This document shows positions 8,898 through 18,617 of a DNA stretch of 26,993 nt, piece after piece. The DNA comes from a virus (taxonomy: Duplodnaviria; Caudoviricetes): IMG/VR virus record IMGVR_UViG_3300030372_003023, positions 1-26,993 of that record; one strand, 5' to 3'. The notes below the pieces were generated by a model. That model saw only the letters and a program-made list of their open reading frames with translations, was not told the DNA's origin and did not search any database. A program made the position numbers and the translations under genes. Position 1 is the first letter of the stretch. Every line of letters starts with the position of its first letter.

Positions 8898-11477
8898 ATG
8901 TCAACAAGAGAAGAAGATTTAGTTCAAGATATACGGAACAAAGCAACCTTAGATGTACCAAAATCAGATAAAATAGGTTTTTTTGATGAATTAAGAGGTG
9001 ATGCTGTAGAATTTAAAGATTTACCTAGTAGTTATTTTTCAAGTGAGATAGTTAATGATTTTGCAACAGCAGACCAAAACAGAGCAATATCTTTGGGTTA
9101 TGGTGTTAGTTTAGACAACAACGCAATAGCTGATATTATAAAAGAACAATTTCCTAACGTAGTATACACAAACGATAAATATAATAATTTAATTGCAACT
9201 ATACCTAGATATGAAAATAACGTACCTGTAGAGCCATATAAATTTTACGTAAACCCTAGAGGCGCACAAGGGGTAGATTTTGCACAATTAGCAGCTCAAA
9301 CTTTACAATTTATACCATTTATGAGAGTTGGTGCGGGAACACTAAAAGGCGCAAATATGGCTCAACAATTCAAAGAATTAGCTACAAAAGGTTTAAAATT
9401 ATTTGGCGCTGGAGCTGGATTAGATGTAACACAACAAAGTGTAGCAGGTGCTTTAGGTAGCGAACAAGGTACGGTAAACTACGGGCCAATAAAATTTGAC
9501 CCAATACAAAGTGCTATAGTAGGTGGTATAACCCCGTTTGGCGCAATGCTTGGTTATTATGGTAGTAAAGCAACAGGTGCTGGTGTAGAAAGATTTTTAA
9601 AATACAAAAGAGATTATTTTCCTAAATATTTTGATAGAAAAACAAATGTAGTAAATGAAGACGGGGCGGTAGAATTATCAAAAATAGGTATAAAATTTTC
9701 ACAAGATAAAGATAGTTCGTTTTTTACCGACCCCAAAGGCGTAATTTATAAACCAGACGATAAAATTTTAACAGATACACTTATAGCAATAGAAAAAGGT
9801 ATACCAGCAGAAAATGCTTGGTTACACGCAAGAGCAGAAAGTTTAGGTATTCCTCTTATGGGCTTTCAAGTAAGAGGCAAAACAAAAACATCAACAATAA
9901 TGAGTCAAAGTGAAGATGAAACTTTATTTAATGATTTTTTAAACGGTAGATACGGTGGGGAAGCACAAGAAATAGCTATGCAAGTTAAAGGTCTACAAGA
10001 AGAAAATGCTTTGAGAGCTTTTGCAAAAACAATAGGTATTGAAGATGAAGACGCTATAAAAGGTTTAATGAACACTTTAATAGACCCTAAAGCAGGCGGA
10101 CATACTACGTTAGTAGATGCTTTAGGCGCATTTACAGCTACTAATTTAAAAAACCAAAAAGAAGGTTTAGAATCACAAATAGCGCAACAATATACTAAGT
10201 TTCAAGACGACAGGTTACAAGTTTTACCTGCTGAATGGGAAAAACTAGGTTATAATATGGATAATCACATAAAAGCTATAACTGGTTTGCCAAGTAATTC
10301 AGCTAATTTGAAAAAAACATCTCCTTATCTACTACGCGCACACGAAATGAATCAAACATTCATTAAGGATATGCATGGTAAAGGTGGAAATTTTGTTAAA
10401 GGTTTTGATTTGAAAGCCATTATGAATCATAGGACTAAAATGCAACAACTTTATAATAAAGTTCCAAAAGACAAACCACAACAAGCTGCTGAGGTTCTAT
10501 CATATTTTAACAAAGTTGATGAAAACATAGATGGTATGTTTAATGCAATGCTTACAAAACCAACATCTAATTTTACAAAACAAACATATAAAGATTTAAT
10601 GGACGCACGCGCAATGTTTAGAGAATTACACGTCAAGTTTGGTAAAAATCAAACGTATAACATGGGTATTTTAGAAAAAATAGACGACCAATTTATTTCT
10701 AGAATTGTAAATCAAAAAGATATTAGTCCAATGGAAATAGGTTTTTGGTTTCAAAACAATAAAAACATAGGTTTAGATGACAGAGTAATTGGAACAATTA
10801 ATAAAATACGAGATATTTTTAAAGATGACCCTAATACTTTATTAAACTTTAATAATTTGTTAAAAAAATCATTATTATCTGAAATGGCTTTTACATCAGT
10901 TGTCAAAGAAGGTTCTGAAGTATCAGCTGGCGCGGTTATAGACTCTAGATTACTATCAAATGCTACTCAAAAATGGTTTAAAACCTCTAGTGGTAAAAAA
11001 ATATGGAACAATGTTTTTGGAGAAGAATCAGCGTCTACAAAACAAAAACTAGAAACTTTAATAGAAGTTTTAGACTCTACAAAAAATAAAACAAAAATAC
11101 CAGTACGTACCGCTGATACTGGCTCTACATTAGGTAGTACTTTGTTTACGCAGGGTGGAGCTGTAAACGATGTACTTCAATTAATGTCTTACAAACACGC
11201 TGGTTTAGAGGGACTGTACGCTTATAAAGTTTTAACTAGAGATATTTCTAAAGGTGTTAATCCTGATTTTGACATAATAGAGTTATCCAACAATAATTTA
11301 CCTCTTTTAGATTTATTTAAATCAACTGGTTTTTCTACTATACAAAAAGGCAGAGAATATTTGTCGGGTGAAGGTGAGGGACAATATGACTCTAGTATAA
11401 TGGAGCAAGAAACTGGTATGGGTGTAAATATTAATAAATTAGAAAAAGCTTTAGATGATTTACAAAAAGTGAGGTAA
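8898..11477 (+). CDS. Large DNA ejection/transfer protein
   Basis: 859 aa helical protein with Gly/Ala-rich membrane-like segments; last and largest of the ejection cluster. Confidence 0.55.
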   Translation: MSTREEDLVQDIRNKATLDVPKSDKIGFFDELRGDAVEFKDLPSSYFSSEIVNDFATADQNRAISLGYGVSLDNNAIADIIKEQFPNVVYTNDKYNNLIATIPRYENNVPVEPYKFYVNPRGAQGVDFAQLAAQTLQFIPFMRVGAGTLKGANMAQQFKELATKGLKLFGAGAGLDVTQQSVAGALGSEQGTVNYGPIKFDPIQSAIVGGITPFGAMLGYYGSKATGAGVERFLKYKRDYFPKYFDRKTNVVNEDGAVELSKIGIKFSQDKDSSFFTDPKGVIYKPDDKILTDTLIAIEKGIPAENAWLHARAESLGIPLMGFQVRGKTKTSTIMSQSEDETLFNDFLNGRYGGEAQEIAMQVKGLQEENALRAFAKTIGIEDEDAIKGLMNTLIDPKAGGHTTLVDALGAFTATNLKNQKEGLESQIAQQYTKFQDDRLQVLPAEWEKLGYNMDNHIKAITGLPSNSANLKKTSPYLLRAHEMNQTFIKDMHGKGGNFVKGFDLKAIMNHRTKMQQLYNKVPKDKPQQAAEVLSYFNKVDENIDGMFNAMLTKPTSNFTKQTYKDLMDARAMFRELHVKFGKNQTYNMGILEKIDDQFISRIVNQKDISPMEIGFWFQNNKNIGLDDRVIGTINKIRDIFKDDPNTLLNFNNLLKKSLLSEMAFTSVVKEGSEVSAGAVIDSRLLSNATQKWFKTSSGKKIWNNVFGEESASTKQKLETLIEVLDSTKNKTKIPVRTADTGSTLGSTLFTQGGAVNDVLQLMSYKHAGLEGLYAYKVLTRDISKGVNPDFDIIELSNNNLPLLDLFKSTGFSTIQKGREYLSGEGEGQYDSSIMEQETGMGVNINKLEKALDDLQKVR

Positions 11478-11481
11478 TAAA

Positions 11482-11913
11482 ATGATACCGATGGAGTTAT
11501 TATCAATGTTAGCTAGTACTGTTCTAGGAGGCGTTATGTCAATAATGGCTCAGAAAGGACAAGCTGAGGCCGAGAGAGAAAAGATGTTAATGCAACGTGC
11601 AAACTTTGCAGCTAAACAAACTGATAAAGCTAGAGCAGTATCAGACCCTCACACGAAACACACTAGACGTTGGATTGCCCTGATGTGTGTATTCAGTATT
11701 ATTGTAGTACCAATCGTTGCTCCAATTTTCTCTGATGTAAATATTGCATATCAAATTGTAACTGAAGCAGATAGTGGTTGGTGGATATTTGGCTCGACTT
11801 ACGAAACTTCATATTTTGAAGAGGGTAATACTATTTTTATAACTAACCTACAATCTCACACGATTTTCTCAATCATCGGGCTCTACTTCGGAGGCTCGTT
11901 GACACGTAAGTAA
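11482..11913 (+). CDS. Holin-like membrane protein (3TM type)
   Basis: Hydrophobic segments, TRRWIAL and IIGLYFGG motifs; SD GAGG. Confidence 0.5.
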   Translation: MIPMELLSMLASTVLGGVMSIMAQKGQAEAEREKMLMQRANFAAKQTDKARAVSDPHTKHTRRWIALMCVFSIIVVPIVAPIFSDVNIAYQIVTEADSGWWIFGSTYETSYFEEGNTIFITNLQSHTIFSIIGLYFGGSLTRK

Positions 11914-11915
11914 TT

Positions 11916-12083
11916 ATGGCTAAAACTAAATCAAAATCTAAAAACATACCAACTAACAAAGCATTGTATTCTAGAGTAAAATCAGAAGCTAAGAAAAAAT
12001 TTAAAGTATACCCCTCAGCGTATGCAAACGCATGGCTTGTAAGAACATACAAGAAAAGAGGTGGTGGTTACAGAAGTGGCTAA
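11916..12083 (+). CDS. Small basic protein, 55 aa, missing from ORF track (DUF5872-like)
   Basis: Hand translation MAKTKSKSKNIPTNKALYSRVKSEAKKKFKVYPSAYANAWLVRTYKKRGGGYRSG; PSAYA...YKKRGG motif common in phages; fills the gap exactly. Confidence 0.75.
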   Translation: MAKTKSKSKNIPTNKALYSRVKSEAKKKFKVYPSAYANAWLVRTYKKRGGGYRSG

Positions 12084-12342
12084 AGCAACTGGTGGTTTAA
12101 CTAAATGGTTTAAACAGAAATGGGTAGATATAGGGGCACCTAAAAAAAACGGTAAATATCAACCTTGTGGACGTTCTAAAGGTAGTAAACGTGGTTATCC
12201 TAAATGTGTACCTTTATCAAAAGCTAGGAGTATGTCTGAGTCACAAAAAAAATCTGCTGTTACAAGGAAAAGAGCTAAGAAACAAGGGGTAGGTGGCAAA
12301 CCTACTAATGTTTCAACTTACGCAAAAAGGAGCAAAAGATAA
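12076..12342 (+). CDS. Small basic phage protein (DUF5872-like)
   Basis: GGLTKWFKQKWVD...CGRS...YPKCVP motif; GTG start at 12076 preferred (overlaps upstream stop). Confidence 0.65.
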   Translation: MAKATGGLTKWFKQKWVDIGAPKKNGKYQPCGRSKGSKRGYPKCVPLSKARSMSESQKKSAVTRKRAKKQGVGGKPTNVSTYAKRSKR

Positions 12343-12584
12343 TGGTAGCTAAAAAATATCAAAGTAAAACTGGTGGTTTAAACGAAGCAGGTAGAAAATA
12401 TTTTAAAAGAACTGAAGGCGCAAACCTTAAAAGACCAGTTACAGGCAAGGTAAAACGAGGCTCTAAAGCAGCTAAAAGAAGAGCAAGTTTTTGCGCAAGA
12501 ATGAGTGGTGTTAAAGGCCCTATGAAAGACAGTAAGGGTAGACCAACTAGAAAAGCATTAGCGTTAAGAAAATGGAAGTGTTGA
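12342..12584 (+). CDS. Small basic phage protein (DUF6321-like)
   Basis: GGLNEAGRK...RRASFCARM...ALRKWKC motif; TAATG coupling. Confidence 0.65.
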   Translation: MVAKKYQSKTGGLNEAGRKYFKRTEGANLKRPVTGKVKRGSKAAKRRASFCARMSGVKGPMKDSKGRPTRKALALRKWKC

Positions 12585-13195
12585 GATTTAAACAAGCAAT
12601 ATACATATTAATCATTATGGTTATATTGCTAGGTATAGAAAGCGCTGTATCTGATGTTACATCTAGTGGAGCAACTACTTTAGAGCAGACTAATACGAGT
12701 GGTACGAACACAAGTATATCGGGAGGATATAGTTCAGAAACAACTTATCAATCAGGCAGTAGTTCCAACACTACGAATACCACCAATAACAGCAACAATA
12801 CCAAGACTGCCGTGAATCCAAGTAATGCGCCTGCTATGAGTGTCTACGGGCAAGACAGTTGCGTCATTCCTCTTGCAGCAGGTATAACCGTTATTGGTTT
12901 TTCGGGTACTTACGGAAGTTATTATACTGACCCAGCATGTGAGTTAAGAAAGAAAAGCAAATTGTTGGATAAGCTAGGTATGAAAGTTGCAGCAATAAGT
13001 TTGATGTGTCAGGACAAAGCAGTTTTTGATGCCATGATGAACGCTGGAACTCCTTGTCCAATAGATGGCTTAATAGGACAGGATGCTAAAGAAAAATGGC
13101 TAGAAAAAAGAAAAAAAGATTTAACTAACGAAACAAACAAAAGGTCTATGACTTGGAATGAGAAACCTATACCTAGCGGCAATATTACTAAGTAG
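12572..13195 (+). CDS. Secreted/membrane-anchored Cys-containing protein with Ser/Thr/Asn-rich linker
   Basis: Hydrophobic N-terminus, low-complexity linker, C-terminal domain with 4 Cys; exact start uncertain. Confidence 0.6.
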   Translation: MEVLRFKQAIYILIIMVILLGIESAVSDVTSSGATTLEQTNTSGTNTSISGGYSSETTYQSGSSSNTTNTTNNSNNTKTAVNPSNAPAMSVYGQDSCVIPLAAGITVIGFSGTYGSYYTDPACELRKKSKLLDKLGMKVAAISLMCQDKAVFDAMMNAGTPCPIDGLIGQDAKEKWLEKRKKDLTNETNKRSMTWNEKPIPSGNITK

Positions 13196-14471
13196 TACTT
13201 TATTAGCAGAAGAACTAACAACCGAAAACTTAATCACTAATGGTACGTTCGATAATGGTACAACAGGTTGGACTTTGACGGGTAATGCAGTTCGTATTGG
13301 AGATTGTTGCCCAGGCGGGCACGACCTAGAGTTTGGAGATAGTGGCAGTATTGAGCAGGCGTTCGGCTTAACTTCAAATAATATTTCACAACCAATGCTT
13401 GATAATGGTATTACTCTAAACTCTAGTGTTGAAGTACAAAATGGGGAGTGTGGTGTTGCGCAATGTTGGGGTGGACAAGGCAACGCTGACAGCTTTACAA
13501 TAAGATTACAAATAAGAGATAGCAATAATGAAATATTGGCAACAACTAGTCAAACTAGGACAAACATTACAGGCATTAACGGTAAAGATTTCACGGATAG
13601 TCTTACATATACAGGGATTGGTAGTAACATTGGAAATATTCTTATTACTGGCTCTGATGCTAATAGCCCTGCTTATCTTGGTGGCCCTAATGTAGATAAC
13701 ATATTGGTTACTATGACGTATGACAATACGGTTTTAACTACTACACAAACAGAAGAATTACAAGAAATTGAGGAAATTATATCTTTTATTGAAACAGAGC
13801 CAATAGAATTTACAGAATTGTTTGAGGAAGTTACAGTACAAGAATTTGTAGAAGAAGAATACAGTTTTGAAATACTAACAGAAATGGTAGAATTAAACGA
13901 AGAAGAAAAATTTGTTGAGGAATCATTAGTATTAGAAATATATGAAGAACCAGAGACCGAACAAGAAGTCGCAACAGAAATCGAAAGAGAAGAAACTGTC
14001 GTTGCAGAGGAGCAAACGGGAACTGAAGAAGTATCTGAAAGAGAAGAAGGAAACTCTGTTGAAGAACAACCCACAAATTTTAATGAAACCAGCAAAGAAA
14101 TTGTTGCCGAACAAACCGAAAGAGACGATACCACAGGAAACAGTACAAGTAGTGTTTCAGAGGAAGAAGTTGTCGATGAGAGAACACCTACAGAAAATGT
14201 ACGTGTCAATATTAAAGATATTTCAGAACAAATAGCAAAAACTAATTTAAGCATTGACCAACAGCTAGTTTTAACACAAAAAATTATTGCTAAAGCAATG
14301 TCTGACACTACAAAAATAACTGGTTATACACAAAAAAACTTAGATATTTTTAAACAACCAAACATTATAGACACAAACATAGATAGTTACATGAACAATA
14401 TTTATGTAGATTCTAGGGAAATTTATCCAAATCAGTATTACGAGGACAAACTATGGACATCAAGACAATAA
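13158..14471 (+). CDS. Secreted protein with carbohydrate-binding-like N-domain and long Glu-rich region
   Basis: Signal-peptide-like start; NLITNGTFDNGTTGW (CBM-like); very acidic central region. Confidence 0.6.
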   Translation: MRNLYLAAILLSSTLLAEELTTENLITNGTFDNGTTGWTLTGNAVRIGDCCPGGHDLEFGDSGSIEQAFGLTSNNISQPMLDNGITLNSSVEVQNGECGVAQCWGGQGNADSFTIRLQIRDSNNEILATTSQTRTNITGINGKDFTDSLTYTGIGSNIGNILITGSDANSPAYLGGPNVDNILVTMTYDNTVLTTTQTEELQEIEEIISFIETEPIEFTELFEEVTVQEFVEEEYSFEILTEMVELNEEEKFVEESLVLEIYEEPETEQEVATEIEREETVVAEEQTGTEEVSEREEGNSVEEQPTNFNETSKEIVAEQTERDDTTGNSTSSVSEEEVVDERTPTENVRVNIKDISEQIAKTNLSIDQQLVLTQKIIAKAMSDTTKITGYTQKNLDIFKQPNIIDTNIDSYMNNIYVDSREIYPNQYYEDKLWTSRQ

Positions 14472-14644
14472 CAGGAGCAATAGGTGCTGTAATTGCTATA
14501 GCATCTTTATTCGTATTTCAAGGACAACTAATACAAAGAGTAGAAGTTTTAGAGGGTAAAATGATAGACCCAAAAGAAATAACAGCAATTAAAAAAGATA
14601 TAGAATCATTACAAAAGAAAAATAAAAACCCACTTTCACAGTAG
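14453..14644 (+). CDS. Small membrane-anchored coiled-coil protein
   Basis: N-terminal TM then coiled coil; SD GAGG. Confidence 0.55.
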   Translation: MDIKTITGAIGAVIAIASLFVFQGQLIQRVEVLEGKMIDPKEITAIKKDIESLQKKNKNPLSQ

Positions 14645-14652
14645 AGGTAAAT

Positions 14653-15132
14653 ATGCCAAAAAAAGCAGATAAATTAAAAGAAGAACAATTCGTAAACTAT
14701 TTTACAGACGGAAATACACAAGGTAATGCTACTAAATCAGCTGAAAAAGCTGGTTGGACTAAAACACCTGCGCAAATGGGTGCTTACTTAAAGCGTAAAT
14801 TACAAGTAGAAATAAGAGAAAAGAACGAGGAACGTATACAAGGTACATCTAGTAAAGCAATTAGTGTGTTACAAAGTTTATTAAACTCTGAACAAGATAG
14901 TGTTAGGTTAAATACAGCTAAGTTAGTTTTAGAATTAGGTAATTACTCTCAACAAACTATTAACTTAAATGTTGATAATTTAAACAACAAAACGGATGAA
15001 GAACTTGTTTTAGAACTTAAAGACTTGTTAAAAGAAGTACCTAGTTTAAAAACTGTAGAAAAACAAATAGAGGGTAAACAACCAATAGATGTAATTACAG
15101 AAAAAACTACAAAGAGTAAATTACACCACTAA
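14653..15132 (+). CDS. Terminase small subunit-like HTH protein
   Basis: EEQFVNYF...GNATKSAEKAGW matches the TerS GNAT.AA..AGY pattern; DSVRLNTAKLVLE; SD GAGG. Confidence 0.55.
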   Translation: MPKKADKLKEEQFVNYFTDGNTQGNATKSAEKAGWTKTPAQMGAYLKRKLQVEIREKNEERIQGTSSKAISVLQSLLNSEQDSVRLNTAKLVLELGNYSQQTINLNVDNLNNKTDEELVLELKDLLKEVPSLKTVEKQIEGKQPIDVITEKTTKSKLHH

Positions 15133-15322
15133 ACAAAATAATACACCCTACTGCGTTTATAAACATAATAGAATAATCTTTCCATAAAACACCTACCAAA
15201 AACCACCCACTAGCCCCTATAAGTTGTATGTATAAATTTAATGGGTAAATGTTTGCTGCCGTTAAACACAATCCAGTAGATAAAATTATTGAACTAGTCC
15301 ATTTTAATATGTTTGTGTTCAA
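15107..15322 (-). CDS. Small 3-TM membrane protein
   Basis: Three hydrophobic segments; NIYPLN...GW..VGVLWKD motif. Confidence 0.6.
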   Translation of the reverse strand: MNTNILKWTSSIILSTGLCLTAANIYPLNLYIQLIGASGWFLVGVLWKDYSIMFINAVGCIILFSGVIYSL

Positions 15323-15537
15323 CAGTCCTTACCAAAAAACAAATCAAGGTTAGCATTGTAAGTAGCTATAAACCTATCTTTTTCTTCCTTAGACCATACA
15401 CGGTTAGGCTCTACTATTGCTAACTCAGCGGTGTACTTAGCCCAAGCACATTCTGCTGATGTTTTTTCATTTACATCTACACCCGTGTTTTGTAATTGCT
15501 CTATATCTTCCATTAACTCACTTTTCACTCTTCCCAT
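15319..15537 (-). CDS. Hypothetical protein
   Basis: ORF track 15319-15558; ATG at 15537 (MGRVKSEL) has SD GAGAGG. Confidence 0.55.
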   Translation of the reverse strand: MGRVKSELMEDIEQLQNTGVDVNEKTSAECAWAKYTAELAIVEPNRVWSKEEKDRFIATYNANLDLFFGKDC

Positions 15538-15541
15538 GACA

Positions 15542-15691
15542 TTACCTCTCTTTGTCATTTTCTATTTCATTATCAACCTTGTGTTCTAACTTATTTTCTA
15601 AACCATACAAATAACTTTCGAACATTTTAGCTGGTAATTCTTTGTACTTACGTATTATATCTTTAACAATGTATAATTCTTTAATACTCAT
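15542..15691 (-). CDS. Hypothetical 49-aa protein, missing from ORF track
   Basis: Hand translation MSIKELYIVKDIIRKYKELPAKMFESYLYGLENKLEHKVDNEIENDKER; ATGA overlap with upstream gene; fills gap. Confidence 0.55.
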   Translation of the reverse strand: MSIKELYIVKDIIRKYKELPAKMFESYLYGLENKLEHKVDNEIENDKER

Positions 15692-15942
15692 GTTGAACTT
15701 TTTGTCACCATTTTTTCTAATTTATTTAACTTTTCTAATTTCTTTTTTATATTTTGGTAATTTTTAATATTACGTTTTTTAAAAGCAAGTTTATTTTTTA
15801 AATAATATTCACGTTTCTGTTGTTTTTCTTGCTCTAATTCTTCCTCTGTCATGTTAGCACGTTTTTCTAGTCTTTTTTCACGTAGCTTTGTAGACATTTT
15901 TCTGTAATACTCCCTGTTGTAAGTATTTTTACTCTTCGCCAT
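15688..15942 (-). CDS. Basic coiled-coil hypothetical protein
   Basis: YNREYYRK/KREYYLKNK repeats; start 15942 with SD GGAG. Confidence 0.55.
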   Translation of the reverse strand: MAKSKNTYNREYYRKMSTKLREKRLEKRANMTEEELEQEKQQKREYYLKNKLAFKKRNIKNYQNIKKKLEKLNKLEKMVTKSST

Positions 15943-16132
15943 TAATAACTCCAATTTTTAAAAACTTATCTTTTAACACAAAAAACCACACCAAATCATT
16001 GTGTGTTGCTAAACTTTCGTTATCAACAATTCCTTTGTAATGTTTGTAAAGAGTAGACACTTCTTCTTTGCTAAGTGTTTTTACGTACTTAACTACACTC
16101 GATGCATCTACTCTTTCCATTATATTACTCAT
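15929..16132 (-). CDS. Hypothetical protein
   Basis: ATGA overlap within operon. Confidence 0.5.
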   Translation of the reverse strand: MSNIMERVDASSVVKYVKTLSKEEVSTLYKHYKGIVDNESLATHNDLVWFFVLKDKFLKIGVINGEE

Positions 16133-16473
16133 AAAAAGTTGTTTATATCGTTCCCACCGTCAGTATTTTGTGGTTTTTTATACGTAGAATCTTTAACTTG
16201 TAAAGTAAAAATAAGATTACCATTGTCATCTTTGCCTACCCAAAAGTTCCAAGTATAATCCCTACCTGCTAACAAATCTTCACGTAAAGCAAACTTACCA
16301 TTACTGGCAAACGGTCTAATCCTAATTTTTTCCAACTGTTCAGCTGAAATGTTTGGATTATCAATATATGCTTGTTCTTTCTTTGCTTTGAGAAGTTCGT
16401 GAGATTTCTCTAATACTGCATTGTTTTGCTCCTCGTAATCTTTATCGGGGAATATCCTAATATTTACACTCAT
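16129..16473 (-). CDS. Putative single-stranded DNA-binding protein
   Basis: Follows Sak and exonuclease; beta-strand pattern WNFWVGKDDNGN..FTLQV and short flexible C-tail. Confidence 0.35.
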   Translation of the reverse strand: MSVNIRIFPDKDYEEQNNAVLEKSHELLKAKKEQAYIDNPNISAEQLEKIRIRPFASNGKFALREDLLAGRDYTWNFWVGKDDNGNLIFTLQVKDSTYKKPQNTDGGNDINNFL

Positions 16474-17141
16474 AATTTAACCTCTAATAATTTAGTATAT
16501 GTTTCATATTTCCCAGTATATCGTTTTGGTTTAGGAGTTATCTCCCCACCATTTAACAATACATTAGAAAATTCATTTAACAACGATATTAAGTGTTCCT
16601 CGAATTGTTCGTCGGGGTATACTTCCCAAACCCTAAAGGTATGGGGTGTCCACTCACAAAGTTGCGTTTTTTCTATTGGTAAACCATTTTTCTTGAGTAC
16701 CAACTGTTGTCCAAATATCTGTGGTAATCTAGTCAAGTCAAAATCACTTCGTAGTTTACCGCCTTCGTTTGGGCATTTAACCTCAATAATGGTTTTACCG
16801 TCTTTAGATACACCATCTGGCTTAGATGACAACGAAACCGTACCTTTATCACACATATAAAAATCGGTAAAAAGGTAATCTTTTTGTTCATCTAGTATAT
16901 TTTTTGGAAAGTTTCCACCACTACAACGTAATAACCAGTTAGCAACACCGTCTATTTCGTGTTCTGACCCCCAATTCATACGTTTTTTAGCAAAATCGTC
17001 CTTATCGGGTATTGTTGTAGGGTCTTTTATGTAACCAACCATATCGCAACGATTAGTCCACTTTCCAAACCCAATATTAATAAACTCCGAACTATGCAAT
17101 GCGTAATGCGGAAGCGAGTTGTCTTGCGTCTGTTTTGTCAT
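16470..17141 (-). CDS. YqaJ/lambda-exonuclease family recombinase nuclease
   Basis: SSEF, MNWGSEHE, SSKPDG, IIEVKCP, QIFGQQLV: PD-(D/E)xK lambda-exo motifs. Confidence 0.85.
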   Translation of the reverse strand: MTKQTQDNSLPHYALHSSEFINIGFGKWTNRCDMVGYIKDPTTIPDKDDFAKKRMNWGSEHEIDGVANWLLRCSGGNFPKNILDEQKDYLFTDFYMCDKGTVSLSSKPDGVSKDGKTIIEVKCPNEGGKLRSDFDLTRLPQIFGQQLVLKKNGLPIEKTQLCEWTPHTFRVWEVYPDEQFEEHLISLLNEFSNVLLNGGEITPKPKRYTGKYETYTKLLEVKL

Positions 17142-17712
17142 TTAATTTATCCTCTTTGTATAATTTTTCAAATATTTTTGCTTTTTCGTCATAGATAGAA
17201 CCACTAGTAGTACCGTCTTTTTCTTTTTTGACTTTACCCTTTTTTGCCTCACTTAGTTCTTTCAAACCAGTATCTATAACATTTACTTCCATACCAACAT
17301 CTTCATCGGGTAAATCCTCACCACGATATATGTATAATGCTAAACCGAACATAGCTATACATTTAACCAAACACCTCATTTTAGCAGTGTTTACCTGCCA
17401 TGAGTTCGGGTTTGCTATGGGTTGATTGTTGTAATTCATTACGGGTAACGACATTTCTCTACTGTTACCCTCAATATCAATTACACAAATCACTTCCTCT
17501 GTACCGTCAGGGTATTTAATTCTAGGTAAATAACGGTATGTAGCTTGTGGATAGTTATCCATAAGTGCTTTCCAACCGTTAGCCCAAGATAAATAGGTAA
17601 GTTCCGTCTTACCCCCTTTGGTATTGGTGTAGTCATTTACATTAACTTGGCTAAGAGTGTCCCATATCTCAGCAAAAGTAACCTTTTTTTCTTCTTTTAC
17701 TTCTGTTTTCAT
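17092..17712 (-). CDS. Sak-type single-strand annealing protein (DUF1071)
   Basis: LTYLSWANGW, LPVMNYNN, VNTAKMRCLVKCIAMFGLALYIYRGEDLP. Confidence 0.85.
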   Translation of the reverse strand: MKTEVKEEKKVTFAEIWDTLSQVNVNDYTNTKGGKTELTYLSWANGWKALMDNYPQATYRYLPRIKYPDGTEEVICVIDIEGNSREMSLPVMNYNNQPIANPNSWQVNTAKMRCLVKCIAMFGLALYIYRGEDLPDEDVGMEVNVIDTGLKELSEAKKGKVKKEKDGTTSGSIYDEKAKIFEKLYKEDKLNDKTDARQLASALRIA

Positions 17713-17972
17713 GCAAACACCGCCTTTTTCCTACCTTTGTAAATGTATTTTACCCAGTTACATCTTCCGTCTTCTTCATCTCTTTGGGATACAGATTTTA
17801 TGTTTACGTGTACCTTTAAGTTAAAAATTATTGAAGATAGTCTTGTAGCTTTGTATTTGGTTATAGCTTCCCAAGTGTCAATACTACCTACATTTACTAA
17901 ATGAGATAATACTTTTTCTGTCTTAGACTTTGGGTTTTCTATATTCCAATCAGCTATTTGTTTAATTTTCAT
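17709..17972 (-). CDS. Winged helix-turn-helix protein
   Basis: KVLSHL..VGSIDTWEAITKYKATRLSSIIFNLK phage wHTH pattern; SD GAGG. Confidence 0.7.
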   Translation of the reverse strand: MKIKQIADWNIENPKSKTEKVLSHLVNVGSIDTWEAITKYKATRLSSIIFNLKVHVNIKSVSQRDEEDGRCNWVKYIYKGRKKAVFA

Positions 17973-18158
17973 GTTAATTGCCTCGTATATTGTTGTATTA
18001 CTAGAATATACTATAAATAAATATTTATTTAAAGAGTTAATTTAACAAATTAGTTGTAATTATTAATTATTTAATATAAATTGAATATAATATTATATAT
18101 ATATATATAATTATAATAATAAAATTATTAGAGTTGGTAACAAACTAGTGGGGTTTAC
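17973..18158. promoter_or_regulatory. Divergent, extremely AT-rich control region (promoters, possible origin)
   Basis: Between divergent operons; several TATAAT-like hexamers, (TA)n run, 18-bp palindrome TAAATAAATATTTATTTA at 18014-18031. Confidence 0.5.
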
Positions 18159-18617
18159 GTGGAAAAAGATGAATTTAAGCAAATAATAAACTTATTCGAT
18201 AAAACATATCCCAAACAACCACCTTTGACTTTAGAACAACAGGCGGTTTTTTGGATGTCTTTACAAAGATATAGCAAAGAACAGGTTTTCTTAGCATTTA
18301 TATCACACACAGAAGATAAAGATTTTGGTATTTGGAAACCCCAAGTACCTGTCAATATAACTAAATATCTAACTAACACAGATTTGGAAATAAAAGCTAA
18401 ATTTCAAGATTATTTTGACCACAAAGAAGTAAAAGACCCAATAACATTGAGTATTATTAGAAAAATGGGTGGGGAAAAGTTACGTAGAATTACACAAAAA
18501 GAGTACACGGTAAAAGAAAAAGAGTTTACCGAAATGTATAAACTGAAACTTAACAGAGAAAATTACAGTTTGTTACCTCCAGAGCTAAAAAATAAACTTT
18601 TAATGGAGAAAACATGA
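18159..18617 (+). CDS. Putative replication protein (helicase-loader/DUF6475-like)
   Basis: F...L...YP...FWMSLQRYSKEQV..AF..H...W.P.V pattern; GTG start. Confidence 0.4.
   Translation: MEKDEFKQIINLFDKTYPKQPPLTLEQQAVFWMSLQRYSKEQVFLAFISHTEDKDFGIWKPQVPVNITKYLTNTDLEIKAKFQDYFDHKEVKDPITLSIIRKMGGEKLRRITQKEYTVKEKEFTEMYKLKLNRENYSLLPPELKNKLLMEKT

Noticed and set aside
13673-14308. Long antisense and alternate-frame ORFs over the Glu-rich gene
   Set aside because: Explained by low-complexity GAA-rich coding that lacks stops in other frames
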